DNA from: a virus
Lineage: Duplodnaviria; Caudoviricetes
Direction: 5' to 3' (one strand)
Length of the DNA stretch: 62,003 nt
IMG/VR virus record: IMGVR_UViG_3300031707_000016
Location: 1 to 62,003 of that record
Position numbers and translations under genes: made by a program. Below are positions 41,267 to 51,077 of this stretch, in pieces (the first letter of the stretch is position 1; each line of letters opens with the position of its first letter). Under the pieces are notes generated by a model. The model was not told where the DNA came from. It saw only the letters and a list, made by a program, of their open reading frames with translations, and did not search any database.

Positions 41267-42175
41267 TTACGCCGTAGCGTAACGTTCAGTATTCACGTAA
41301 CCATCGTCTTGATATGAACGCTGGATGTTGTCGTGATACTGTTTCATTCGGTTTATGACCTTGGTAATCTGCTGCGTCTTACACATGGCCATTTCACGAA
41401 TGTAAAGATACAGTGCCTTCTTGTTGTATGCATCAATCCTATCTGAATTTCGGAATAACTCAACCACCGCATTGGCAATGTTAAGGTCTCTTTGTTTGGT
41501 GAAGATTTTGTTGACGTTCTTTTCCCAAAATTCAACTATCAATCGGATGAAATCTGACATCTCTTGTTGAGCATAATACTTGTCATGTGCCTGAAGTTGC
41601 ACCGTATGCTCATCACGTTCCTCGCTGATTTCCACATTTTGGTTGAATTTCTTGTAGTTGGTGTTGTTCAACAAAATAAGATAGTGTTTTGCAATGATGG
41701 AAAAATAGGCAAACGCCCGTGCCTTTTTGGTGGGGTCGAGTTTGCTTGTTCGGTTGGGGTCAAACTTGTGCATGTTGGCGACAAGATGTGTGAGGCATTC
41801 CTTCTGAACATCTTGAGGACCAGTTTCAAAATAGGAGAACTTGAATGTGTTAAAAACATTCTCCACCAGCTTTTGAAGTGCGTGATGGATTCGCTCACGG
41901 AAAATCTGCTCACGGACATCTAAGTTTTCTTCCTTGTTGTACGCAATGATGGCGTCCTCAGTGTCCTGAGTAAAATACATTCGGGTGGTTCCGTTCTTGC
42001 TGCGTCTCTTGCGTGGGATTTTAATCTTTCCGACTACCTCAGACGGAACTGTTTCAATAATTTGTCTTATTGGAACTTTTGGCTGAATAACCTTTTGGAC
42101 CTTAGCCGGTTTCTTTTCGGTGTTGCGGGGAGACTTCTGTCGAACGTTTTTTGTAACCTTTTTCTTTTTTGGCAT
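41267..42175 (-). CDS. phage sigma factor for late transcription, T4 gp55-like
   Basis: Region-2-like KFDPNR...AFAYFSIIAKHYL and N-terminal YFT resemble gp55-family FDP..AFAYFTQI. Confidence 0.7.
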   Translation of the reverse strand: MPKKKKVTKNVRQKSPRNTEKKPAKVQKVIQPKVPIRQIIETVPSEVVGKIKIPRKRRSKNGTTRMYFTQDTEDAIIAYNKEENLDVREQIFRERIHHALQKLVENVFNTFKFSYFETGPQDVQKECLTHLVANMHKFDPNRTSKLDPTKKARAFAYFSIIAKHYLILLNNTNYKKFNQNVEISEERDEHTVQLQAHDKYYAQQEMSDFIRLIVEFWEKNVNKIFTKQRDLNIANAVVELFRNSDRIDAYNKKALYLYIREMAMCKTQQITKVINRMKQYHDNIQRSYQDDGYVNTERYATA

Positions 42176-42179
42176 AGAG

Positions 42180-42476
42180 TTATTGAATCCTATCGTCTAA
42201 TTTCTCGACGAGGGCCAATAGCTCTTTGAAGACCTGTCCAACTTCATCATCCGACTCAAATACTCCCTTGCCAGTAGATTCAAATGACGATTTGAACGTA
42301 GAGTTCTCATCAATCTTTCTCATCTCTCCAAGTGTGTCTGTCACGTTTTGCTTGAATTCTACTACCCACGTTTCGTAGGTTCTGACCTTCTCTAGGAGCC
42401 TCTGAATAAGTATAAAAGTTGCTATGTTAAGTCCTAAAGAGATAATTAGTCCTACAATCAAAAAAAATGTAATCAT
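42180..42476 (-). CDS. single-pass membrane protein
   Basis: N-terminal hydrophobic helix; FESDDEVG motif. Confidence 0.7.
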   Translation of the reverse strand: MITFFLIVGLIISLGLNIATFILIQRLLEKVRTYETWVVEFKQNVTDTLGEMRKIDENSTFKSSFESTGKGVFESDDEVGQVFKELLALVEKLDDRIQ

Positions 42477-42480
42477 GTGT

Positions 42481-42618
42481 TTATTCGTCGTCTGGAGGCT
42501 CGCCAGTGTCTATAAATTCTTTCAGTGTCTCTCGTGCCTCTTCAACAACGTCCCAATCTTTGGTTGTTATTCCATCGCTGATAAGTTCAATAATGTATTT
42601 GATGTCGGATTGATCCAT
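42481..42618 (-). CDS. small acidic protein, 45 aa (absent from ORF track)
   Basis: Manual translation MDQSDIKYIIELISDGITTKDWDVVEEARETLKEFIDTGEPPDDE; promoter motifs at 42653 and 42704-42732. Confidence 0.6.
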   Translation of the reverse strand: MDQSDIKYIIELISDGITTKDWDVVEEARETLKEFIDTGEPPDDE

Positions 42619-42752
42619 AGAATCGTAGCCTTATTTTAAGGTTAACTGACCCATACATATATTTCATTCAGCTAAAGCGAAACTTTTTTCACTTCATAAT
42701 TGAATATTACACCACTCCACTCGATTAGTCAACTTATTTTATCTATTCTTAT

Positions 42753-43688
42753 TTAGTGAAGCCACGTAGGTCTTGGTGATGGTTTTGCCTCTGGTGCGCC
42801 GGTGGATTGAGGGAGTGGATTATCCGCCACAGGTGGTGCGGGCAATTCATCAGTTAGAGTCGGGCGTATAGAAGTCAAAACTTCCTCGTCTTTTTTATAG
42901 GAGACTACGTTGTAGGCAAGGATGAGTGCAATTGCCATTGGATCAAAGACAAAGATGATAGTGAAGATGAACCACTTGGCAACATTGTCAAGAGTGGTCC
43001 CGAACTGGTCTGCCACAAATTGAAAAGTTCGTATGTCCTTTGTCCCCGCAGAAGCAAATTTCATCTCGTTCACTTGTTGGTCAACCTTTTGGATTTCATC
43101 GGCAGTGTTCTGAATCTTCTCCTGCTCCACCTTAATGGACTCATCTGCGGACTTCACCATGTCAACGGTCTGTTCCTGAATCTGTTTCAGTTGGATAGGA
43201 TTTCTCGTAAGGTATGCATTGGTCAATGTCTCACTCAAACGACCTTCTTGAATTTTTCTCATGTCGTTGAGAGTTTGAACACGGATTTTAGATTGAGCGA
43301 TTTTGTCGTTCAGATAGGTCTTCTTACCTTCAATCAAAACAATCTTCTCCTGACTCGCTTTGAATTCTATGGCGGATTTCTGGTAAGCAGCACTCAAGTA
43401 TCCAAAAATACCAAGTGAAGTTACCAACATGAGGACAAGCGTAGCTATACTGAGATAGGTTTTTAAGAACCCTTGAGTCTTATGCCAATAGCGGTATAAA
43501 AACGTCACGGCAACCAGCTTTCCAATTTCCAAGGAAGATGCCATAATTGCGGTTAGAACGAACGCACCCGCAAAGAGTGTCGCAATACCATAAACGGAGA
43601 AAAATGCTGCCACGAGAGCAATAACGATGGCTGTGATGCCAAGGAGTTTATCGAATCGGATGATACGGTCGAGAATACGGTCTTTCAT
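42753..43688 (-). CDS. membrane protein with three N-terminal TM helices, a coiled coil and a C-terminal TM helix
   Basis: AAFFSVYG..LF, LEIGKLV, TSLGIFGYLS, FVFDPMAI. Confidence 0.75.
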   Translation of the reverse strand: MKDRILDRIIRFDKLLGITAIVIALVAAFFSVYGIATLFAGAFVLTAIMASSLEIGKLVAVTFLYRYWHKTQGFLKTYLSIATLVLMLVTSLGIFGYLSAAYQKSAIEFKASQEKIVLIEGKKTYLNDKIAQSKIRVQTLNDMRKIQEGRLSETLTNAYLTRNPIQLKQIQEQTVDMVKSADESIKVEQEKIQNTADEIQKVDQQVNEMKFASAGTKDIRTFQFVADQFGTTLDNVAKWFIFTIIFVFDPMAIALILAYNVVSYKKDEEVLTSIRPTLTDELPAPPVADNPLPQSTGAPEAKPSPRPTWLH

Positions 43689-43709
43689 TCTTTATAAATA
43701 TTCCTACGC

Positions 43710-43738
43710 AAAGCAAAAGACCCCGGAAATCGGGGTCT
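43710..43738 (-). terminator. intrinsic terminator
   Basis: Minus strand AGACCCCG-ATTTC-CGGGGTCT followed by TTTGCTTT. Confidence 0.8.
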
Positions 43739-43759
43739 GATGCGTATTCACGTATTCAA

Positions 43760-45964
43760 TTATTCGGGCCAGTTGACGTAGTTAATGACCCCCAGAAGTT
43801 CTGTACTGTTTCTTCTGGAATAAATGATTCCACGTTCTGCACCCGTCACCGGGTCATAATCAACGGTCATTCTCTCGCTGTTTTCAGATTCCCATTTTGC
43901 GCTGTCCTGTGAAGGAAGTGCTAGAGTTTTGACATATGTTATGTAAAGGTTGTTCCAATGCGTCATAAACGTTCCGGTGTTTTGTTGGAGAATGTGAAGA
44001 TATCCCGTAGAAGTATCTATGATATAATAACGTTTCAGGATGTAGTTGTAATCCCACAACATCATAGAAGAACCATTTCCAGAATAAGCCGGATAATCAT
44101 TGTAAAACAACGACATACTAGGAGCATTTTGAATGGCTCTCAAATCAATTGTGTTTGGTGCCCACGTATAAGTCCATCCTCCACCAGTAGTCCAGTGGTG
44201 TCTGCGCCATCTTACAGTTGGGTAAAGTCCGTCAGTCGTAGCACCATATCCAGCATACAATGTCCAAACTGTAGGTTTCGAACCACTTGATGCTGCAAAA
44301 CTTACAGAAATAGGAAGATCGTTGTAATGTCCGGCGGTACCGGGAATCAATCTCATGTTTAGAGTTGAAATTGGGAAATCATACAGACCATCATCAGTCC
44401 AAAGATACGCACGTTCCACTGAACCCGTAACTGCCGGAACATTTGCGGTGTTGAACAATCTACCATTGAAATTCCAACTGTTGTTTGATGCAGTACAAAC
44501 AAAAGTCACCACGTTCGTAAGCATATCAAGTTTGGATACGTCACGCCTACTCGTGTGTCGATTGGAATTTATGACATAGAGGTCCGTTCCATTAGATGCA
44601 ACAACTGCATTTCCCGGGTTTGCAATAATCCACGAACGACCAATTCCAGAAACTCCTGAAATACTTGCGGGTGTCCATTTATTGGTTGCAAGATCATACC
44701 TAAGAAACTGTCCATCGGTTGGTGCAGTTACATCAATGGATGTTCCACGCAAACCAACAACGGTTGTCGCCGCCGTGTTTCCAGTTACGTCACCCGCAAG
44801 TGTACTTCCACTGGCAGCAAAATTAACGGCATTGGAATACTTGATGATATAAGTAAAGGCAATGTTTCGTGGGCGACTATCTCCTGAAGAACCATTGACC
44901 GGATTTGACGTGGCCATTGGAAATGCACTCAAGCTGCCGGGAACAGTATGAAAATCCGGTCCTCCCGAACCATCTCCCGGAATTTGTCTTCCAGTATAAG
45001 ACAATCCATCGCTCCAACTGCGATAGATGAAAAATCCATCATTATTTCCCGAACTATCAAAATTTCCAACACCGTGATAGTGAAGTCCTTGTCCGGCGAC
45101 TTGAGCACTTGCCGTTGTTCTCCCCGAATCTATTCCACGACCATGATCCCATCCACGAATAAACTCACCACGTAGGTCGGGCATTTTGAAATAGAATCCG
45201 GAACTGTTTCTGTTTCCGAATTGGTCACACACATACCCATGAATAGAATCAAGGTCGGTATTTCCTATTTTAGCAAACAAGTCTTGATATGATGCGGTTA
45301 GCAATGCTGCACCATCACATTCTAACCAGTTGTTTGGAACTATTTGACCACCATATGCCATGATGGTTCCAATACCAACAGTATCTACTACATTTGTTGA
45401 GACTGGAGATACATCAGTGGAAGACGATTGGATTAGAATTCCTCCTTCATATGTACATTTTTTCCACAGTTGACTTCCTGAATCAAATTGGGTAAATGTT
45501 CCACTCTGTCCTTCAGACCCATTACAAGAGTATTTAAGACTTGCATTGATAATGCTTGTCGTGATTGCGGAGGCAGTTAAAGAAGTTATGTGACTTCTAG
45601 ATCCGGTTGTAAAACTTGCGGTTAATGATTGAGTGGCAAACAATGATTGAGTGGCAAACAATGATTGAGTAGTGAACGCAGAGCTTGATGCAAAAAAGGA
45701 ATTGATCGCAATACTGGCAGTTAAAGAAGTTAGCGAGTTGGTGGCGAATAACGATTGAGTGGCGAATAACGATTGAGTGGAATAATACGACTGAGATGCA
45801 TACTGCGCTCCAATACTATATTGACTCTGAGTAATTGCCAGTGCGATCTGTGCCAATGTAGCACGGTAGGTCGTCATTGATCCACTGTCCACCAACGGCA
45901 GAAAATCATCCGACGTTGGAGAACTTGGAATTGGATTTAGTTCACTGATTTTAATTACGCTCAT
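43760..45964 (-). CDS. tail fibre protein with phage tail-collar domain
   Basis: IGTIMAYGG..P.NWLECDG...Y.DLF..IG...F.MPDLRGEFIRGWD; SRPRNIAFTYIIKY; TQSLFA repeats. Confidence 0.85.
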   Translation of the reverse strand: MSVIKISELNPIPSSPTSDDFLPLVDSGSMTTYRATLAQIALAITQSQYSIGAQYASQSYYSTQSLFATQSLFATNSLTSLTASIAINSFFASSSAFTTQSLFATQSLFATQSLTASFTTGSRSHITSLTASAITTSIINASLKYSCNGSEGQSGTFTQFDSGSQLWKKCTYEGGILIQSSSTDVSPVSTNVVDTVGIGTIMAYGGQIVPNNWLECDGAALLTASYQDLFAKIGNTDLDSIHGYVCDQFGNRNSSGFYFKMPDLRGEFIRGWDHGRGIDSGRTTASAQVAGQGLHYHGVGNFDSSGNNDGFFIYRSWSDGLSYTGRQIPGDGSGGPDFHTVPGSLSAFPMATSNPVNGSSGDSRPRNIAFTYIIKYSNAVNFAASGSTLAGDVTGNTAATTVVGLRGTSIDVTAPTDGQFLRYDLATNKWTPASISGVSGIGRSWIIANPGNAVVASNGTDLYVINSNRHTSRRDVSKLDMLTNVVTFVCTASNNSWNFNGRLFNTANVPAVTGSVERAYLWTDDGLYDFPISTLNMRLIPGTAGHYNDLPISVSFAASSGSKPTVWTLYAGYGATTDGLYPTVRWRRHHWTTGGGWTYTWAPNTIDLRAIQNAPSMSLFYNDYPAYSGNGSSMMLWDYNYILKRYYIIDTSTGYLHILQQNTGTFMTHWNNLYITYVKTLALPSQDSAKWESENSERMTVDYDPVTGAERGIIYSRRNSTELLGVINYVNWPE
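45623..45779. repeat. two clusters of 18-bp in-frame repeats encoding TQSLFA
   Basis: aatgattgagtggcaaac units at about 45623-45670 and aacgattgagtggcgaat units at about 45740-45779. Confidence 0.8.
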
Positions 45965-45974
45965 ATGTTATTCC

Positions 45975-48392
45975 TTACACGTACTGAACTGTCCACGCCC
46001 TTGATTGTAATGTTGCTATTCTCGTAAGAGTAACGGGCAGCAATGCGGCATTTCCACGGATATCCAACGAGCCGGAAAGTAATCCATTTGTAACCAAATC
46101 AGCACAACTACTATCTTGAACTACCGCTGATAAGTTGTTATAGGATGCATCCAAATATTTTACAAGTGGAGGAATGGTTGGGAGATTAACCAATGATGGA
46201 TTGTCTCGAACCCAAAACCATACCAAAGATGATGGAAGAGTAGTCAACCATCCGGACAAATTTGTGTTGCTGGAGAATGACATGCTTACAACGCTCGAAG
46301 GGAATGATGCAGGCGGCCCAACGATACTGTTAGCATCGCAATAGAGTTCTTTTAGTCCGACTGGCAATGTTGCCGGTAGGGTAGTGATTGCATTTTGAGA
46401 ACAATTTATGTATCCATTTGACATGGAATCTGGCAACAATGGGAGACGAGACAATGAAGAATTTGCAACATACAATCTTTTGATAGATGTATTATCCAAA
46501 CGTTTCAATGAAGACAAGCTGCTAGTCTGGAATGACATGGTTAGCAAAGAGGATGGCATACCACTTACACTTGTAAGTCCAGTTGCATTCGACCCTGAAA
46601 TATAGAACATGCTCGTCATTGTCCATACGTTGTGTGCCCCGCCGTTTACACCCGACAAATCTACTTGCAATATTTGATCCGAACCTGTAATTGCCATGTT
46701 AGTTGCAGTATCCACAAACGGCCCGCCGCCAAGAGAGAAAAACGTAATAAAATCGGGGTTATCTGTGTAGAACGCAAGCGGTTCTCCTACAGATACAGAA
46801 AGCGTTCCGATGTTTACATCTACTCCAAATCTCGATAACCTATTCGGAGAAAAACTAATCTTATTGGAAGATGCCGTGACATAGAGCATGTAATCGTCAG
46901 CAAGGAGAACCGACGATGCCATCATACCAAAATTCATAGTGAACGACCCCGAAATCTGATTCGTAATAGTTCCCGTCATAATTCCATTCATAGAACCAGT
47001 GACAGAACCCGAAATAGAACCTGTGGTTACGCCGTTAATTGACCCCGTGGATTGACCGTTAAACGAACCTGTGAGAGTTCCGTTAACCGAACCAGTCACC
47101 GTTCCTGTCAGAGATGCAGTAACAGAACCATCAATTGACCCCGTGCCGAAATTAGAACCGGAAATTGACCCCGTGATTGAACCAGTGATGCTTCCGTTGA
47201 TTGACCCGGTTGTCTGTCCATTAACTGAACCCGTTACTGTTCCGCTTGTAGAACCTGTGATACTGCCGATTACTGAACCAGTCACCGTTCCGATTACTGA
47301 ACCGATAAATGATCCGGAAATTGTTCCAACAAATGTTGAAGTATTACCGACGAAGTAATATATTGGAGTCATATCCAATACTTGGTCAACGCCTGTAGTT
47401 CTGTTCAAAAGGTGAAGAGTAACACTTTCGCTCAATGCTACAGATGCAGTAAATGGAATCGTCAAAGTTCCTTTTACGTCAAAAGAGGCGGTCATTAAAC
47501 CACTTGAATTAAGCGTAACAACGTCCACCTGACTACTGGTGATGGATTGTGTTATTGCCGTAAATACTCCGTATTGGGTAGTACTTGCATCTCCAATGAG
47601 GAATGATGCTGTCAGTGCGGTAACTGCCGTGGTTGCATTTTGAGCATAACTTGCAGAAATTGATGAAGATGCCCACGAAGCACTTGATTGGAAATTTGTG
47701 GTAATACCTACCAAGGCAATATCTGCTACATCAGCATGAGATGCAGATGTTGAAGAGTCGGCGAAATCGGATGTTTGTGAACGAATGGCAAGAGATGCCG
47801 TTCCATTGCCACGGAATACGTTATACTGAAGATAACTAGAAGTCTGTGCTTGTGATGAAGTAGCGGCAAAACTGGAAGAAATAGACCCGGAACCTCCACC
47901 ACCATTCAATGCAAAACTTGCTGTAAGAGCAAGAAGAGAAAATGACGACGTTCCATTTGGAACTCCTGCATAAATCAGAAATGATGCGCTATTGGCAAGA
48001 CCGGCAAAATTTGCGAAAGAAGCGGATGCGACTGTTTGTGACAGGACATAGGATGCGGTTTGAGTAAATGAACTACTCAGAGAATAGGAAGCAGACGTTG
48101 CTGCTGCCGAATAGGAACTGCTAATTGATCGCAGGGCAGTGCTTGCGGAAATAGCAAACGACGAGGATACCGTTGGTGGAGAAAATGACGCACTAACCGT
48201 GTTAATTGCCCAACTTGCAGTTCCATTCAAAGAACCTGTCAGGTTTCCGCCCGACAGAATGTAGGAACTCAAGTCTGCCAATGTCAGCTTCTTTGATTCG
48301 TGCGCTGTAACGTCGGCCAATAGCAACAAATCCGCTGCGGTTAGATCGACAACGGTGATTGGAGCCAGTTCTGATACTCTCTTATTTGCCAT
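45975..48392 (-). CDS. tail-fibre-like protein with SAS/TGS repeats and C-terminal leucine-rich repeats
   Basis: TGS(I/V) tetrad repeats; LSRLPLLPDSM, ITTLPATLPVGLKELYCDANSI, LVNLPTIPPLVKYLDASYNNL. Confidence 0.75.
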   Translation of the reverse strand: MANKRVSELAPITVVDLTAADLLLLADVTAHESKKLTLADLSSYILSGGNLTGSLNGTASWAINTVSASFSPPTVSSSFAISASTALRSISSSYSAAATSASYSLSSSFTQTASYVLSQTVASASFANFAGLANSASFLIYAGVPNGTSSFSLLALTASFALNGGGGSGSISSSFAATSSQAQTSSYLQYNVFRGNGTASLAIRSQTSDFADSSTSASHADVADIALVGITTNFQSSASWASSSISASYAQNATTAVTALTASFLIGDASTTQYGVFTAITQSITSSQVDVVTLNSSGLMTASFDVKGTLTIPFTASVALSESVTLHLLNRTTGVDQVLDMTPIYYFVGNTSTFVGTISGSFIGSVIGTVTGSVIGSITGSTSGTVTGSVNGQTTGSINGSITGSITGSISGSNFGTGSIDGSVTASLTGTVTGSVNGTLTGSFNGQSTGSINGVTTGSISGSVTGSMNGIMTGTITNQISGSFTMNFGMMASSVLLADDYMLYVTASSNKISFSPNRLSRFGVDVNIGTLSVSVGEPLAFYTDNPDFITFFSLGGGPFVDTATNMAITGSDQILQVDLSGVNGGAHNVWTMTSMFYISGSNATGLTSVSGMPSSLLTMSFQTSSLSSLKRLDNTSIKRLYVANSSLSRLPLLPDSMSNGYINCSQNAITTLPATLPVGLKELYCDANSIVGPPASFPSSVVSMSFSSNTNLSGWLTTLPSSLVWFWVRDNPSLVNLPTIPPLVKYLDASYNNLSAVVQDSSCADLVTNGLLSGSLDIRGNAALLPVTLTRIATLQSRAWTVQYV

Positions 48393-48411
48393 AATACACT
48401 ATACATAGCAA

Positions 48412-49182
48412 TCACAGAGCTTTTTTTACATGCTTAATAATGAATCGGACAAGACCACTGCGAACAATGTCGTCCTCAGTGAATCTAAATACGTGGATTC
48501 CATTCTGCCGACTTTCATCGTCGTCAAAATGAGAAATCATTTTTATAAACCCACTTTTGCCATTGATGTCACTTTGCTCTGGATCACCCAATATAAATAC
48601 TTTTGAAAACTCTCCAGTGCGTGTAATAAGTGTGAAAAGTTCTTTGAAGGACAAATTTTGGGACTCATCCGCTATAATAACCTTCGCATTCCAGTTCAAA
48701 CCACGTAGGAATCCCACTGGAACACTTGACACTCGCTCCTCTTTGAGAAGAACATCAACGTCTGTTTTTGGAAGCATTTCCGCCATTTTGTCAAGAAGTG
48801 GTTGAATGTATGGTGCCATCTTTTCATTTGCTTCGCCGGGAAGAAACCCTAGTTTGGCATCAGAACTTTCAACCGCACTGCGGATGTAAATAAGGTCACT
48901 TACTCGTCTATCATTTATCATCATGAGTGCGTGATAGATAGCAAGAAATGTTTTGCTTGTTCCAGCCGGACCAGATACAAACACCATTTTCGTATCTTTG
49001 TCGGCAGCAAGTTTTAGAAATTGGTTCTGCTTCTCAGTTAGGTCGTCTCTTTTGTATATTTTTAGAAGACCTTTGAATTTGGAACGTTGTGGAATAGTCG
49101 GACTACGATCTTGTTTAACTGTTTCATTTTGCGTCTGATTCATCAGAGCTTGAGCTTGAGCGATCCGGGTTTTCTTTTTCAT
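48412..49182 (-). CDS. phoH: PhoH-family ATPase
   Basis: GPAGTSKTFLA, LGFLPG...EKM.PY, FLRG, DESQN, TR.GE.SK, GDPEQSD, DIVRSGLV. Confidence 0.92.
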   Translation of the reverse strand: MKKKTRIAQAQALMNQTQNETVKQDRSPTIPQRSKFKGLLKIYKRDDLTEKQNQFLKLAADKDTKMVFVSGPAGTSKTFLAIYHALMMINDRRVSDLIYIRSAVESSDAKLGFLPGEANEKMAPYIQPLLDKMAEMLPKTDVDVLLKEERVSSVPVGFLRGLNWNAKVIIADESQNLSFKELFTLITRTGEFSKVFILGDPEQSDINGKSGFIKMISHFDDDESRQNGIHVFRFTEDDIVRSGLVRFIIKHVKKAL

Positions 49183-49507
49183 CAGGTTTGTTCTGTAGGA
49201 TGTTACGTAACTGTTCCACCCTCGGGCAAAGTTCAAAGATTTGATTATCTTTGTAGTATTTGCTTATGTGGTCGAGGTTAGGAACAAATTCCTTCTCCGC
49301 AATGGTTACTACGAAGGGAGAATTGCTGAACTGAAATACTTCCACGATGGGGAGTTTGTTTTCCACGGCGAACTTGATCGAAGAGACAACGTGTTCCATC
49401 ATGTCAACTCGAAATTTATTGACAAATGTCCGCATCTCGTCATTTGGAGATGGCAAGATGTATAACTCGTTCTCTTTCATGCTGGCCCTTTTATTCTTTC
49501 TGACCAT
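49124..49507 (-). CDS. hypothetical protein
   Basis: 127-aa ORF; late-promoter-like motif at 49512. Confidence 0.65.
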   Translation of the reverse strand: MVRKNKRASMKENELYILPSPNDEMRTFVNKFRVDMMEHVVSSIKFAVENKLPIVEVFQFSNSPFVVTIAEKEFVPNLDHISKYYKDNQIFELCPRVEQLRNILQNKPDEKENPDRSSSSSDESDAK

Positions 49508-49560
49508 GACTAATAAATATCAGTAAGCATTCCCATAAGGGCAAATATCGGGTCAATGAA

Positions 49561-49589
49561 AACAAAAAAAGCGCACCCGAAGGTGCGCT
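49561..49589 (-). terminator. intrinsic terminator
   Basis: Minus strand AGCGCACC-TTCG-GGTGCGCT followed by TTTTTTGTT. Confidence 0.85.
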
Positions 49590-49646
49590 CAAACGCATGT
49601 ACGTTTATGTGTGCAGTTCTAACGAACTGCCCCCGTCTCCTTGACG

Positions 49647-49913
49647 TTACCAAACCCGATGCTTCTTGGAATCGTATTGCACGATGCCTACGGGTTCTCC
49701 GTAGGAATGGTTTGTTGCGACACGTTTCCAAAAGTCCCGCTCCACGATTGCAGCAGGGTCTTTTGAATCGGAATACTCACGGTCTGACACACGGAATCCT
49801 TCACGCACAACAACGAACGTGACAGGTCGGTCCTTCTTCTCAGTAACTCCCGTTACCACTCGCTGAGTTGCGGGTGCGGCCACACTATTTTCCGGCTGGT
49901 TTGTTTTTACCAT
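49647..49913 (-). CDS. hypothetical protein
   Basis: 88-aa ORF in an overlapping run of three genes. Confidence 0.65.
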   Translation of the reverse strand: MVKTNQPENSVAAPATQRVVTGVTEKKDRPVTFVVVREGFRVSDREYSDSKDPAAIVERDFWKRVATNHSYGEPVGIVQYDSKKHRVW

Positions 49914-50184
49914 GTTTAGTCAGTTTTTTTGTTATGAATTCGACAATCCGATGGGCATCTTCTTGAGTTACGATGGTATGATCTGCCCACGGTCTGCCGG
50001 TTTTCATTACGTGTTCACACCACCGAATTCTTTCCTTCTTGGACATCTTTTCTCCCCCGGGATGATTTACCCACAGGGCGATATTGAATTGTCCATTCTC
50101 TCCATCAAAATCATCGAAGTTGATTTCTAGGACGGAGCATCCGCCACAGTCACACTTAACAAAGATTGACTCTGGTTTGCTCAT
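49885..50184 (-). CDS. hypothetical protein with CxCxxC motif
   Basis: 99-aa ORF; ATGA overlap with the upstream gene. Confidence 0.65.
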   Translation of the reverse strand: MSKPESIFVKCDCGGCSVLEINFDDFDGENGQFNIALWVNHPGGEKMSKKERIRWCEHVMKTGRPWADHTIVTQEDAHRIVEFITKKLTKHGKNKPAGK

Positions 50185-50450
50185 GAATTTTTAGACGCTG
50201 CCTTCACCGAAAAACGCAAGGCCACGAGAATTGCAACAACAAGATGCACCCAGAACCAAGCACATGGACCCATTGATTGGTAAATCCACACCATGATGAG
50301 AATGCGAGGAACGAAGATGGATGCGAAGAGGTCGGCGATGAAGGGAGTTGTATTGACTGGAAGGTTGCCAGTGACCCACCAAAAAAAGAGGACGATGCGG
50401 GGAACAAAAAGTGAGAGGAGAAGAAACCAAATACCAATTTCGTGTTGCAT
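50181..50450 (-). CDS. small multi-pass membrane protein
   Basis: Hydrophobic, repeated FVPRI motif; sigma70 promoter upstream. Confidence 0.65.
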   Translation of the reverse strand: MQHEIGIWFLLLSLFVPRIVLFFWWVTGNLPVNTTPFIADLFASIFVPRILIMVWIYQSMGPCAWFWVHLVVAILVALRFSVKAASKNS

Positions 50451-50492
50451 AATTTTTACTTTGTCGTGACCATTGTTCTATTCAATGGACAA

Positions 50493-50521
50493 ACATTAAC
50501 ACAGTACGAGGGAGTTGTCAA
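50493..50521 (-). promoter_or_regulatory. sigma70-type promoter
   Basis: Minus strand TTGACA-N17-TAATGT. Confidence 0.6.
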
Positions 50522-50557
50522 GCCCACTTTGATTCTTTTGGAGAATATTTATAATGT

Positions 50558-50722
50558 ATGCAAAGACAATTTGAACCACTGCACTGCCTGTTGCATTTTA
50601 GATGTTTGGTGAGGATGTTTAGGGAGAGAATGTTTGAGGGGAAACATAGGGGGAAGGTACGTCTGCACATATCCTTTTATTTCAAAGGAATGATACGAAG
50701 TATTGGGATCACTCCGAAGTGA
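50558..50722 (+). other. only plus-strand unit: late-promoter motif followed by a G-rich tract and a 54-codon ORF
   Basis: ATATTTATA at 50545-50553 in plus orientation; ORF MQRQFEPLH...GITPK; three ATGTTT repeats and G runs. Confidence 0.35.
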
Positions 50723-51076
50723 TTACTTTGGAGTCTGATTGAAATTACTGACTACGCTTGGAGAATTTGTTGGAATCTGAATGACGGATGATAGGTCTGT
50801 ACCCGTTCCAAGGGCATTAACTGCGAACGCACGGAACTGATAGACGTATCCCGGCTGAAGGGACTTAACAACCGTAGAATTGGTTGTGGAAGGAACGAAG
50901 GCGATGAACGTCCAATTGGTAACGGCTGGAAGTTTCTTATACTCAATACGATATCCACTAACCAGTTCTTGTGGTGGGTTCGGAGTCCAGCTAAACACGG
51001 CATCATACGACACAGTTTGTGCAATGGCGATTGCCAATGTCACAACCAGGAAAAATGGAGCGAGAATTTTCTTCAT
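50723..51076 (-). CDS. secreted fibronectin type III domain protein
   Basis: Signal peptide MKKILAPFFLVVTLAIAIA; SW.P...GYRIEY...LQPG..YQFR.FAVN..G. Confidence 0.82.
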   Translation of the reverse strand: MKKILAPFFLVVTLAIAIAQTVSYDAVFSWTPNPPQELVSGYRIEYKKLPAVTNWTFIAFVPSTTNSTVVKSLQPGYVYQFRAFAVNALGTGTDLSSVIQIPTNSPSVVSNFNQTPK

Positions 51077-51077
51077 A

